From: Gammaproteobacteria bacterium
GTDB lineage: Bacteria > Pseudomonadota > Gammaproteobacteria > JAKDMP01
DNA: 64,000 nucleotides
Direction: 5' to 3'
Assembly (NCBI GenBank): GCA_027018875.1
Contig: JALUYA010000003.1
Span: forward strand, 13,665 to 77,664
The notes beneath the pieces are model-generated. The model was given only the letters and a program-made list of their open reading frames with translations. It ran no database searches and was not told the origin of the DNA. Every line of letters begins with the position of its first letter. The stretch's first letter is position 1. Shown here one piece after another: positions 21,043 to 30,498 of this stretch. The translations under genes were made by a program, and so were the position numbers.

Positions 21043-23180
21043 TGCCTTCCTCCTTTATCAACGAAGCAGCCTGTTACGGTCTGTTGGAAAAATACGGTAT
21101 CAAAACACCGCGTTCCATTTTTCTAACCTCGGCCAACCCATCCACGGCTCCATTCAAGCCGGGTGAGGATATCGTGTTAAAAGCGGTGGTGGATGAGGTG
21201 TGGCATAAATCCGATATTGGGCTGCTGGAGTTTGCCACCTTTTCCGTGGAAAATATAGGCCGGATCTTCCGGCTATTCCGGGAACGGAACCCATACCCGG
21301 ATAACTGGCGGGGTATGCTGGTCTGTGAAAAGGTATCCTCGGCCTCCAGCTCCCTGCCCGCGGAAATCCTGCTATCCATCCGCCAAGATACCAGTTGCGG
21401 CCCGGTGGCCACGTTCGGCTTCGGCGGCATCCATACCGAACTTTGGGACAGGGAATTAAAACAGGGGGCATTAACCTTTCCAACCGCAATGACCGGGGTG
21501 CAGGATGCCCTGGATGCCATCTCCAAACATTTTCTGGGTAAAATTTTGCGGGGCACCCTGCGCCAGGGGAAGGCGCTGACCAGCACGGAGACATTGAGCA
21601 AGCTGCTGCGCGCCGTGTGGGACCTGGCCGCCCATTTCCGGGATGAAAAACTGTCCCTGTTGGAAATCAACCCACTGGTCGTGGACGTGACCGGAGATTT
21701 TATCGCCCTGGACGCCGTCGGCAAAAGGGCGGAAAAACCAACTACCTCCTCCGTCACCCCGCGGAAAAAGGCTCCCGCCTCCCTGCCCAACGAGGCCTTA
21801 TTCAGGCCCCGCACATTTATTATTGCCGGGGTTTCATCGCGCAAAAAAGCCTTCGGCAATTTAATCTTGGATAACCTCGGAAGATCGACTCTCCCTCGGG
21901 AAAATATCCGGGTGCTGAAACCGGGCGGCACCGAATTCGAAGGCTACGCAACCATCTCCTCGCTTGCCGAAATTGAAACGCCGGTAGATGTCCTCATCCT
22001 GGCCGTTCCGGCGGCGGCGGCCATCGGGCTCGTCGGGCAAGCCTGTAAAACCGCCGCGGCCCGCTTGGTCTATCTCGTCTCCGGCGGCATCGGCGACAGC
22101 GCGGACCATGAAGACTTAAAACGGCAACTGCAAAACCTGCTGGGCGCCTATCCACCGGGGCGCCGCCCCCGGCTGATCGGCCCCAACTCCCTGGGGATCA
22201 TCCTGGCGCCACAAAGGGTGAACACCTTGTTCATCCCCACGGATAAACTTCCGGTCGGTTTTCATCCCGATGGGACTATCGGCTTCATTTCCCAAAGCGG
22301 AGCTTTTTTTATCACCCGGATTTCACGCAATCCGTCTCTCGCCATTCGCTATGGTTTCTGTATTGGTAACCAGTTGGATATTTCCGCCACGGAAATCCTG
22401 CGCTCCATGGCGGAACAAGAGGGCCTGGAGGTCATCGGGATGTATCTCGAAGGCCCACCGCAAGGCGACGCGCTAGGCCTTGCCCAGGCGATCGCGAGCA
22501 TCGACACGGGCAAAAAAATCATCGTCTATCGCGGCGGACGGAGCCGTGCCGGAATGGCCGCGGCCGCCGGGCATACGGGAGCACTGGCTTCGGAATACGG
22601 CATCGAAAAAGAACTGCTGCAACACGCCGGAGCCGTGGTTTGCGAGAGCTTTACCCAGTTTGAGCACAGCCTGGGTTGGTACGGCGCCTACCCGGGATTC
22701 AGCAAGCCTCCCGGCGCAAAGGTTTTTATCATGACCAACGCCGGGTATGAATCCGTGGCCGGCGCCGATGGGCTGGGGCCTCGGCTCGCTCCCCTGTCGG
22801 CAAAACTCCGGCGGCAAATAAACACCACCCTCGGCTCCCATGGCTTGCATGGCATCGTGGCCGCGGCCAACCCGTTGGACTTGACCCCCATGGCTTCCGA
22901 TGACGCCTATTTCGCCTGCGCCGAGACGATCCTGCGCGCGGGAGAAATCGGCCTGCTGATCATCGGCATCGTCCCGCTTACGACCATGATCGAAACCGAT
23001 GACAGCACCCGGATCACGATGCATGCACAGCGGTTAAAACGGTTGATCGATAAAAGCGCCACACCCGTGGCCGTCGTGGTGGATGCCGGAAGCCTTTACT
23101 CGAAATTCAAACAGGCTTTCATGCGGGCCAATATTCCCGTTTTTGCCTCGGTACAGGAGGCATTCGGGCTGATCCGCTGA
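21042..23180 (+). CDS. ADP-forming acyl-CoA synthetase (acetate--CoA ligase family), ATP-grasp half first
   Basis: N-terminal ATP-grasp-like region (YGLLEKYGIKTP...VLKAV...HKSDIGLLEF). Then a CoA-binding region (FIIAGVSSRK...) and GPNSLGII plus the phosphohistidine motif AAGHTGALA. Confidence 0.85.
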   Translation: MPSSFINEAACYGLLEKYGIKTPRSIFLTSANPSTAPFKPGEDIVLKAVVDEVWHKSDIGLLEFATFSVENIGRIFRLFRERNPYPDNWRGMLVCEKVSSASSSLPAEILLSIRQDTSCGPVATFGFGGIHTELWDRELKQGALTFPTAMTGVQDALDAISKHFLGKILRGTLRQGKALTSTETLSKLLRAVWDLAAHFRDEKLSLLEINPLVVDVTGDFIALDAVGKRAEKPTTSSVTPRKKAPASLPNEALFRPRTFIIAGVSSRKKAFGNLILDNLGRSTLPRENIRVLKPGGTEFEGYATISSLAEIETPVDVLILAVPAAAAIGLVGQACKTAAARLVYLVSGGIGDSADHEDLKRQLQNLLGAYPPGRRPRLIGPNSLGIILAPQRVNTLFIPTDKLPVGFHPDGTIGFISQSGAFFITRISRNPSLAIRYGFCIGNQLDISATEILRSMAEQEGLEVIGMYLEGPPQGDALGLAQAIASIDTGKKIIVYRGGRSRAGMAAAAGHTGALASEYGIEKELLQHAGAVVCESFTQFEHSLGWYGAYPGFSKPPGAKVFIMTNAGYESVAGADGLGPRLAPLSAKLRRQINTTLGSHGLHGIVAAANPLDLTPMASDDAYFACAETILRAGEIGLLIIGIVPLTTMIETDDSTRITMHAQRLKRLIDKSATPVAVVVDAGSLYSKFKQAFMRANIPVFASVQEAFGLIR

Positions 23181-23505
23181 CGGCCGGCGCAAGCGCGGGG
23201 GGAGGTAGAACCGTTGATTTATCGCCACGCCCGGTCTGCCTCGACCTGCATGGCCGATTTTTACCTTGAGCCGCCACTCGATCATCCCCCGGAGCCGCTC
23301 AGCCGCATATGGCCGTGCAGGGCGCGGCTTGGCGATTCGGCGCTTCCCCCGGCCAAGGCGGAACAGACGGGGGGTGGCGGCCGGTGGTTATAACGGATGG
23401 ACCGCCCAAGCAGAAAATGCAGGCAGGGGATGGCCGGAGTTACACTGATCCGTATCAGACGGATCACAGCGTCATCACGTGAGGAGTCTTCCCGGGTATC
23501 CGCTT

Positions 23506-25026
23506 ATGAAACAGGATCGCGCACAGCGGCGGCTCGGCCTCGTCCTGCTGTTGTTCCTTGGCGTTCTCGCCGCCCGCGCCCCGGCTTCCGCCCGCCAGGC
23601 GCCGCCTTTCCCCTCCTCCCTGCCGTGGTACAACGTCACTCGGGCGCTCACCTGGCACGATCTACGCGGCCGAGCCGTGTTGCTCGATTTTTTCACTCCC
23701 GGATGTATCAACTGTATCCACATGTTGCCGGTGGAAGAACTCCTGCAGCGCCACTTCGGCAAACGGCTGGTCATCATTGCGGTAGATTCGCCCAAATTCA
23801 GCGCCTCGGCGTCCGCTCCCGGCCTGATCGCCTTCATCCGCCGCTATCGCCTCCAACACCCGGTGCTGTTGGATCCCCGGAACCGGCTCTGGGATGCCTA
23901 TCACATCTTCGCCTGGCCGACTTTTATCCTCATCGGCCCCCACGGCGAACTTCGTGCACGCCTGCTCGGGGAGCAATCCGCCGCGGCGCTCAGCGTACCG
24001 ATCGCCGCCGCCCTGGCCGGGACCCCTCCCATCTCCGCGTTGCAACCACTTCCCCGGCAGGGGGGCACGGCCGCCAACCTGGCGCTGGCGGCACCGGGCG
24101 GATTAGCGGTTTCCAGGCGCCGGGTCGCCATCGCCGACACCGGCCACAACCGCATCATCCTGGCCGATCACCAGGGCCGGGTCGAGGCCGTGATCGGAAC
24201 GGGCTGTGCCGGGACCGCCAACGGCGGCTATGCCCAGGCGGAATTCAGGCGCCCCCACGGGCTCGACTTCCATGCCGACAAGCTGTATGTGGCCGATACC
24301 GAAAACCAGTTGATCCGCATCATCCATCTCAATACTCGACGGGTCTCGACGCTTGCGGGAAACGGCAAGCGGGAATATATCGTCTCGGGAAAGTTCACGC
24401 CGCACGCGGTACCTCTCGATTCACCCTGGGACGTACAGTGGATCGGAAACCAGCTCTACATCGCCATGGCGGGCGACCATGAAATCTGGCGCTACAACCC
24501 CGTAACCGGGCGCCTGGGCCCGTGGGCCGGCTCGGGACGCGAGGGGCTTGCCGACGGCTCCCTGGCGCGGGCCAAATTCGCCCAGACCAGCGGCCTGAGC
24601 TCTCACGGAGATACCCTGTACGCGCTCGATCCGGAATCTTCGGGGATCCGCTCCATCAATCTCGCGGATCCCATCGTAAAAACCCGTATCGGGCAAGGTC
24701 TGTTTCGCTTCGGCGAACGCAACGGCGCCGCCGCCCAGGCTCTGTTGCAACATCCCGAGGCCCTGGCCTGGCTCAATGGATCCCTCTACATCGCCGATAC
24801 CTTCAATAACGCCTTGCGGCGCTTGAACCTGGCATCCGCTGAAGTCACCACCGTGACGCAAAACCTGGGCCAGCCACAAGCAATCGCCGTCCTGTCCCCA
24901 AGCACTCTCCTGGTTGCCGAATCCAGTGCCGGGCGGATCGCAGCCATACGCCTGCCCTCGGAAAAAACCGATCCCTGGCCTCTCTCCGGCCTACCCCCTT
25001 CCCACTGCAAAAAGGTCACACCATGA
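23506..25026 (+). CDS. secreted thioredoxin-like domain / NHL-repeat protein
   Basis: The ATG at 23506 gives a signal peptide. Thioredoxin-fold CxxC (FTPGCINCIH). Repeated NHL-like units (ADTGHNRIILAD, VADTENQLIRII, IADTFNNALRRL). Confidence 0.85.
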   Translation: MKQDRAQRRLGLVLLLFLGVLAARAPASARQAPPFPSSLPWYNVTRALTWHDLRGRAVLLDFFTPGCINCIHMLPVEELLQRHFGKRLVIIAVDSPKFSASASAPGLIAFIRRYRLQHPVLLDPRNRLWDAYHIFAWPTFILIGPHGELRARLLGEQSAAALSVPIAAALAGTPPISALQPLPRQGGTAANLALAAPGGLAVSRRRVAIADTGHNRIILADHQGRVEAVIGTGCAGTANGGYAQAEFRRPHGLDFHADKLYVADTENQLIRIIHLNTRRVSTLAGNGKREYIVSGKFTPHAVPLDSPWDVQWIGNQLYIAMAGDHEIWRYNPVTGRLGPWAGSGREGLADGSLARAKFAQTSGLSSHGDTLYALDPESSGIRSINLADPIVKTRIGQGLFRFGERNGAAAQALLQHPEALAWLNGSLYIADTFNNALRRLNLASAEVTTVTQNLGQPQAIAVLSPSTLLVAESSAGRIAAIRLPSEKTDPWPLSGLPPSHCKKVTP

Positions 25027-26645
25027 ACACGAACCCGACGCCGCTTGGCGAATTCGACTACATCATCGTCGGTGCCGGCTCCGCCGGCTGCGTACTCGCG
25101 GAACGCCTGAGCGCCGGCGGCAAGTATCGAGTCGCCGTGCTGGAGGCCGGGCCGGACTATCGCGCCTGGCCCGTGCGGGTCCCCATGGCACTGATGCTGC
25201 TGATGCGCTCACACCACTACAACTGGGCCTTCGAAACCGTGTCCCAACCGGCCCTCGACAACCGGCGTCTGTTCTGGCCCCGTGGCAAGGTCGTCGGAGG
25301 CAGTTCCTCGATCAATGCCATGTGCGCCGTGCGCGGTCCCGCAGCCGATTTTTCCCGTTGGGCCGAGGCGGGAGGCAGCGAGTGGGATTGGCCGGCATTG
25401 GCGCCGCTGGCGCAGGGTATTACCGCGGCCGCGTCGCGAGATAATCCCCGGGGTTTACCCTTTACCCCGCTGGCCTACCATCACCCGCTCTCCGAAGCCT
25501 TCATCAACGCCATGCTCGAAGCGGGCTTTCCCAAAAGCGGGGGATTCAACAGCGATCGGCCCGAGGGAGCGGGTTTCTACGAGGTCTACCAGCACCGGGG
25601 CGAACGCTATGAGAACGCCCGCGGCTTTTTCGAGCCGGCGCGGACCCGGCGCAATCTTGCCCTGTTTACTCACACCCACGCGCTGCGGGTGGAAATCGAC
25701 CGGGAGCGCCACGCGCGGGCGGTCATCGTGCTCCGGGGAAACAAGACCCAACGCCTGGAGGCGCGGCGCGAAATCATCCTTGCATCCGGCACGCTGGGCA
25801 GCCCCCAGTTGCTACTGCTCTCCGGCATCGGGCCCGCCCCGACGCTGCGGGCCTTTGGCATCGAGGTGCAACACGAACTGGCGGGGGTCGGGGAACACCT
25901 GGGCGATCATATCGACGTTGCCATGGTCTATACGGCCCGCGGGGGCGGCGGCCTGGCGGCGAGTCCGCGTGATCTGCCCCGCTTGCTTAACGCCCCGCTT
26001 GCCTACTTCGGATACCACTCCGGCCCGCTTACCAGCAATCTCGCCGAGGCCGGCGGTTTCATCCGCAGCACGCCGGACGCGCCCCGTCCCGACCTGCAAC
26101 TGCACTTTCTCCCCGGCATTCAGGAAGCCCATGGCCGCAAACTTCGCAACAGCCTGCTCCGGCCCGGGTGCACCCTGCACGTGTGCGTGCTCTATCCGCA
26201 GAGCCGTGGCCGGGTCTCGCTCGCAAGCGCCGACCCAATGGCCGATCCCTTGATAGATCCCAATTACCTGGAGGTTGACGATGACCTGGAAAAACTGGTT
26301 TCAGGCACTCGCCACCTGCTGCGAATCGTCGCGCAACCCGCGTTGCAGGCCTGGAGGCTGCGGCCTTTCCTTCCCCGGCGTACACCGGCCAACGACCGGG
26401 AGATCGAGGCACACATTCGGGCGCACGCCGAAACGATCTATCATCCGGTCGGAACCTGCCGCCTGGGCCGCGACGAGAAGGCCGTCGTCGATGCGCGCTT
26501 GCGTGTCCATGGCATCGCGGGCCTGCGCATCGCCGACGCCTCGGTCATGCCCTCCCTGATAGGAGGTAATACCAACTTCGCCGCCACGCTCATCGGCGAA
26601 CGAGCGGCCAGGTTCATCCTCGCCGAAAATCAGATATCGACGTAG
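25023..26645 (+). CDS. GMC family oxidoreductase (choline dehydrogenase-like)
   Basis: FDYIIVGAGSAGCVLAERLS FAD motif. GMC C-terminal HPVGTCRLG. ATGA overlap with the preceding gene. Confidence 0.9.
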   Translation: MNTNPTPLGEFDYIIVGAGSAGCVLAERLSAGGKYRVAVLEAGPDYRAWPVRVPMALMLLMRSHHYNWAFETVSQPALDNRRLFWPRGKVVGGSSSINAMCAVRGPAADFSRWAEAGGSEWDWPALAPLAQGITAAASRDNPRGLPFTPLAYHHPLSEAFINAMLEAGFPKSGGFNSDRPEGAGFYEVYQHRGERYENARGFFEPARTRRNLALFTHTHALRVEIDRERHARAVIVLRGNKTQRLEARREIILASGTLGSPQLLLLSGIGPAPTLRAFGIEVQHELAGVGEHLGDHIDVAMVYTARGGGGLAASPRDLPRLLNAPLAYFGYHSGPLTSNLAEAGGFIRSTPDAPRPDLQLHFLPGIQEAHGRKLRNSLLRPGCTLHVCVLYPQSRGRVSLASADPMADPLIDPNYLEVDDDLEKLVSGTRHLLRIVAQPALQAWRLRPFLPRRTPANDREIEAHIRAHAETIYHPVGTCRLGRDEKAVVDARLRVHGIAGLRIADASVMPSLIGGNTNFAATLIGERAARFILAENQIST

Positions 26646-26977
26646 ATTCGCCCGTTTTCCTCACTGACCGGGTAGATGCTCAAGGCCTTTTCCCGGCGCA
26701 CGATATTCAAGACCTGGATCCCCGGCGGAAAGTTGGCCCAGTCCACGACCTGCCCGCTGCGAATATCGAACCGGGCATGATGCAGCGGACACTGGACCAG
26801 TCGATCGTCCAGTATCTTGCCGCGCGCCAGGGGCCCCATCATGTGGGGGCAACGCGCCTGGGTGGCGTAATACCCGTCGCTCAGCCGGTATACCACCACG
26901 AAAGTCCCCGCCACGTTGTAGGCTTTCCCCTGCCCCGGTGCAATCTCGCCAACCGGGCCTATGTCATGCTTCGCCAT
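26630..26977 (-). CDS. Rieske [2Fe-2S] domain protein
   Basis: ORF trimmed to the ATG at 26977. CPH...CPLH Rieske motifs ([20 protein letters not shown]). Confidence 0.85.
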   Translation of the reverse strand: MAKHDIGPVGEIAPGQGKAYNVAGTFVVVYRLSDGYYATQARCPHMMGPLARGKILDDRLVQCPLHHARFDIRSGQVVDWANFPPGIQVLNIVRREKALSIYPVSEENGRIYVDI

Positions 26978-27254
26978 GCCTCGAACCCCACACACAGGTA
27001 ACCTGTCACGCATTGTATCGGGAACCACGCAGAACGGACATCCCAACGATTCCGCCAACGGCGTCCGGGTCCAGCCCGGATGCCTCCACCGGTTCCGCTC
27101 CAGCCACGGTGCAGCAGCTCCCTCGGATAGGATTGAAGCCGACCCTGCCAAAACCCGGCTCGATCGGTGGCCGCCGCTCTTCGCCGCCGCTATTATCCAA
27201 GCTCGAACGGAATCTGGCACAATCAGAATTACCGTCACAACAGGAACCCGCTCT

Positions 27255-29447
27255 ATGGAAGGTGCGCCCACCCAACCCGGCCTGGACGAAGCCCGTGAGA
27301 TTCTGCAACGCCGTTTCGGCTATCACGATTTCCGCCTGCACCAGGGCGATATTATCGGCGCACTGCTGGCCGGCCGGGATGTGCTCGCACTCATGCCAAC
27401 CGGCAGCGGTAAGTCCTTGTGCCATCAAATCCCCGCCCTGCTGCGCGAGGGGACAGGGGTGGTCATCTCGCCGCTCATCGCCCTGATGCAGGACCAGGTC
27501 GATGCCCTGCGCCAGATCGGAATCCGCGCCGCCTTCCTCAACTCCACCCAGGACGCCGCCACCCGGTGCGAAACCGAGGCGGCACTGCGCCGAGGCGAAC
27601 TGGATCTGTTGTATCTCGCCCCCGAACGGCTGCTGACCGAAGCGACCCTGGGCTTGCTGGACCTCTTGCCATTGGCCCTGTTCGCCATAGACGAGGCCCA
27701 TTGCGTCTCCCAGTGGGGGCACGACTTCCGCCCCGAGTACCGGCAACTTTCGATGCTGCATCAACGTTACCCCACCGTGCCGCGTATCGCGCTGACCGCC
27801 ACCGCCGATACCCGCACCCGGCGGGAGATCATCGCGCAACTCGAGCTACAGGATGCCGCCATCTTCATCAGCAGCTTCGACCGGCCCAATATCCGTTACC
27901 TCTTGAACGAAGGCCGGAATGCCCGCGAACAACTCTGGCGTTTCCTGGAAAGCGAGCACCGGGGCGACGCCGGTATTATCTACTGCCTGTCGCGCAAAAA
28001 GGTGGAGGCCATCGCCGCATGGTTGGGTGCCAGAAACCGTACCGCGCTGCCCTATCATGCTGGCTTGTCCACCGCCCTACGCCACCGGCACCAGCAACGC
28101 TTCCTGCGCGAGGAGGGGGTGATCATCGTTGCCACCATCGCCTTTGGCATGGGCATCGACAAACCCGACGTGCGCTTCGTTGCCCACCTCAACCTGCCCA
28201 AAAGTATCGAGGCCTATTACCAGGAGACCGGCCGCGCCGGGCGTGACGGCGCACCGGCCAACGCCTGGTTGGCCTACGGCCTGCAGGACGTCATCGCCCT
28301 GCGGCAAATGCTCCAAGCCTCCGATGCCGATCAAAAATACAAGCAGATCACCCAGCACAAGCTAGAAGCCATGCTTGGCCTGTGCGAACTGACTACCTGC
28401 CGCCGCCAGGCCCTGCTGGCCTACTTCGGCGAGATCCGGACCGAGCCCTGCGGCAACTGTGATAATTGCCTGCAACCACCGCAGACCTGGGATGCTACCG
28501 AAGCCGCGCAAAAAGCCCTGTCCTGTGTCTACCGTACCGGGCAACGCTTTGGCGTCAACTATCTCATCGACATCCTCAGCGGCAAGGAAAACGACGAGCG
28601 CATCCGCCGCCTCGGCCATGACCAGCTCAGCACTTACGCCATCGGGAAGGAATTGTCCCCCACCGAATGGCGCGGCGTATTCCGCCAGATCATCGCCCGG
28701 GGTTACCTGAGCGTAGACATGGAAGGCCATGGGGCACTGCACCTGACCGGCGCCAGCCGCCCTCTGCTGCGTGGTGAAATTCCACTGGAACTGCGTAAAT
28801 TGCGCCGGCCGGAGAGGCGAAAATCCCGTACCGGGCGCCGCATCGGCACAGTACAATTCGTGGATGCCCCCCTGTTCGAGGCCCTGCGCGGGCTACGCGC
28901 CCGCCTCGCCCGGGAACAGGGTGTACCGCCCTATGTCATCTTCCACGACATCACCCTGCAGGCCATGGCCCGCACCCGCCCTACCAGGGCAGCCGAATTG
29001 CTGGAACTAACCGGCGTGGGTGAACAAAAATTGCGGCGCTACGGCGGGGCCTTCCTCGACGAGATTGCTGCCCACCCCCGCCCCGCCCCGCCGAACAACA
29101 GCCTCAGCGACACCGCCGACAAAACCCTCCGGCTTCACCTGCAGGGCAAGAAGGATGCCGCCGCCATCGCCATCGAGCGCAACCTCAAGGCCGCCACCAT
29201 CTACACCCACTTCGCCGAAATCATCACCGCCGGCCTGCTCGAATCCCGCGACGTACTACCACTCAGCGACAAGGAATACGCCGAAATTGTCAATGCCCTG
29301 AAATTATTGGCCATCGATAACACCAGCCCGTTACAACCTGCCTATGAATTGCTTAAAGGAAAATACGACTACGACATCCTGCGATGTGTACAGGCGGGAA
29401 GGCGGATCCCGGGACAGGGGAGAAACACCAAGTCCGAAAAAATCTGA
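27255..29447 (+). CDS. recQ: ATP-dependent DNA helicase RecQ with a C-terminal extension
   Basis: ATG at 27255. [43 protein letters not shown], Zn-binding CRRQ...CGNCDNC, HRDC region, then about 120 extra residues. Confidence 0.92.
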   Translation: MEGAPTQPGLDEAREILQRRFGYHDFRLHQGDIIGALLAGRDVLALMPTGSGKSLCHQIPALLREGTGVVISPLIALMQDQVDALRQIGIRAAFLNSTQDAATRCETEAALRRGELDLLYLAPERLLTEATLGLLDLLPLALFAIDEAHCVSQWGHDFRPEYRQLSMLHQRYPTVPRIALTATADTRTRREIIAQLELQDAAIFISSFDRPNIRYLLNEGRNAREQLWRFLESEHRGDAGIIYCLSRKKVEAIAAWLGARNRTALPYHAGLSTALRHRHQQRFLREEGVIIVATIAFGMGIDKPDVRFVAHLNLPKSIEAYYQETGRAGRDGAPANAWLAYGLQDVIALRQMLQASDADQKYKQITQHKLEAMLGLCELTTCRRQALLAYFGEIRTEPCGNCDNCLQPPQTWDATEAAQKALSCVYRTGQRFGVNYLIDILSGKENDERIRRLGHDQLSTYAIGKELSPTEWRGVFRQIIARGYLSVDMEGHGALHLTGASRPLLRGEIPLELRKLRRPERRKSRTGRRIGTVQFVDAPLFEALRGLRARLAREQGVPPYVIFHDITLQAMARTRPTRAAELLELTGVGEQKLRRYGGAFLDEIAAHPRPAPPNNSLSDTADKTLRLHLQGKKDAAAIAIERNLKAATIYTHFAEIITAGLLESRDVLPLSDKEYAEIVNALKLLAIDNTSPLQPAYELLKGKYDYDILRCVQAGRRIPGQGRNTKSEKI

Positions 29448-29572
29448 AATAGATCAATACGCGCCGTCGGCCCATGCTGCATCGTATTGAACCCAGGCGC
29501 ATCGGCGGTTACAGTGAAGCCAAACCTCCCGCAGGCAACCGCAGCCGAATCGCCACCACCGGGGCAAACCCC

Positions 29573-30457
29573 ATGAACCTGGCTCCCAGCACCAAACAGG
29601 CCATTAAACGAACCCTGCTTCGGGTTGCCGGCCCGGCCCTGTTCGAGACCATCATGATGTGGCACTACCTGGGCTACCGTCCGCACCTGCGCCGCCCGCG
29701 AAGCTTCAGCGAAAAGATCGCCCACCGCAAGCTCTATCACTGGCGCGAGATCGATCCCGCGCTCGTCGATAAATACGCGGTCCGGCGTTACGTCGAGGAG
29801 CGAATCGGGGCGCAGTATCTCAACCAGATCTATGGCCTGTATGCGGACCCGCGGGACCTGGACTTCGACGCCCTGCCCCCGGCTTTCGTCATTCGCGCCA
29901 CCCATGGCTCGCAGATGAATGTAATCGTCAAGGATCGCGGTGGCTTCAACCCGGGGGCGATCCGTCGCCGCTGCCGCCGATTCCTGGACACCACCTACGG
30001 TAAAATCACCAACGAGCCCTGGTACGCCGGGATTCCGCCGCGGCTGCTCGTCGAGCGCTACATCACTAGCCGCGATCACGCCACCCTCCCCGATTACAAG
30101 TTTTACGTCTTCGATGGCCGGGTGCGTTTCATCGTGATGGACCTCGACCGGTTCGATAACCACGTGGAATCGTATTACGACCGGGACTGGCGGCTCCAGG
30201 ATTTTACGATCCACTTTCCCCGGGGGCCACGGCTGGATGCGCCGCGCCAACTCGGGAAAATGCTGCGGATTGCCGAAACGCTTGCCGCCGAATTCGACTT
30301 CCTGCGGGTCGATCTTTACGCCCCGGACGATGAGCACATCCTGTTCGGAGAGCTCACCTTCTCGCCGGGTGCCGGGCGCTATCGCTTCCGCCCGGATGCC
30401 GCCGACTTCATGATGGGTGCCTACTGGCGGCCCCGCTGCCGGGCGGGCGAGAAATAG
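29573..30457 (+). CDS. ATP-grasp fold amidoligase family protein (TupA-like)
   Basis: ATG at 29573. RSFSEKIAHRKL, DKYAVRRYV, FVIRATHGS, DYKFYVFDGRVRF, LRVDLY...FGELTF motifs typical of the TupA-like ATP-grasp family (from memory). Confidence 0.75.
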   Translation: MNLAPSTKQAIKRTLLRVAGPALFETIMMWHYLGYRPHLRRPRSFSEKIAHRKLYHWREIDPALVDKYAVRRYVEERIGAQYLNQIYGLYADPRDLDFDALPPAFVIRATHGSQMNVIVKDRGGFNPGAIRRRCRRFLDTTYGKITNEPWYAGIPPRLLVERYITSRDHATLPDYKFYVFDGRVRFIVMDLDRFDNHVESYYDRDWRLQDFTIHFPRGPRLDAPRQLGKMLRIAETLAAEFDFLRVDLYAPDDEHILFGELTFSPGAGRYRFRPDAADFMMGAYWRPRCRAGEK

Positions 30458-30498
30458 TGGTTACAATTTTGCAAGGTAAAAATCGGGGGAGAGTCACC

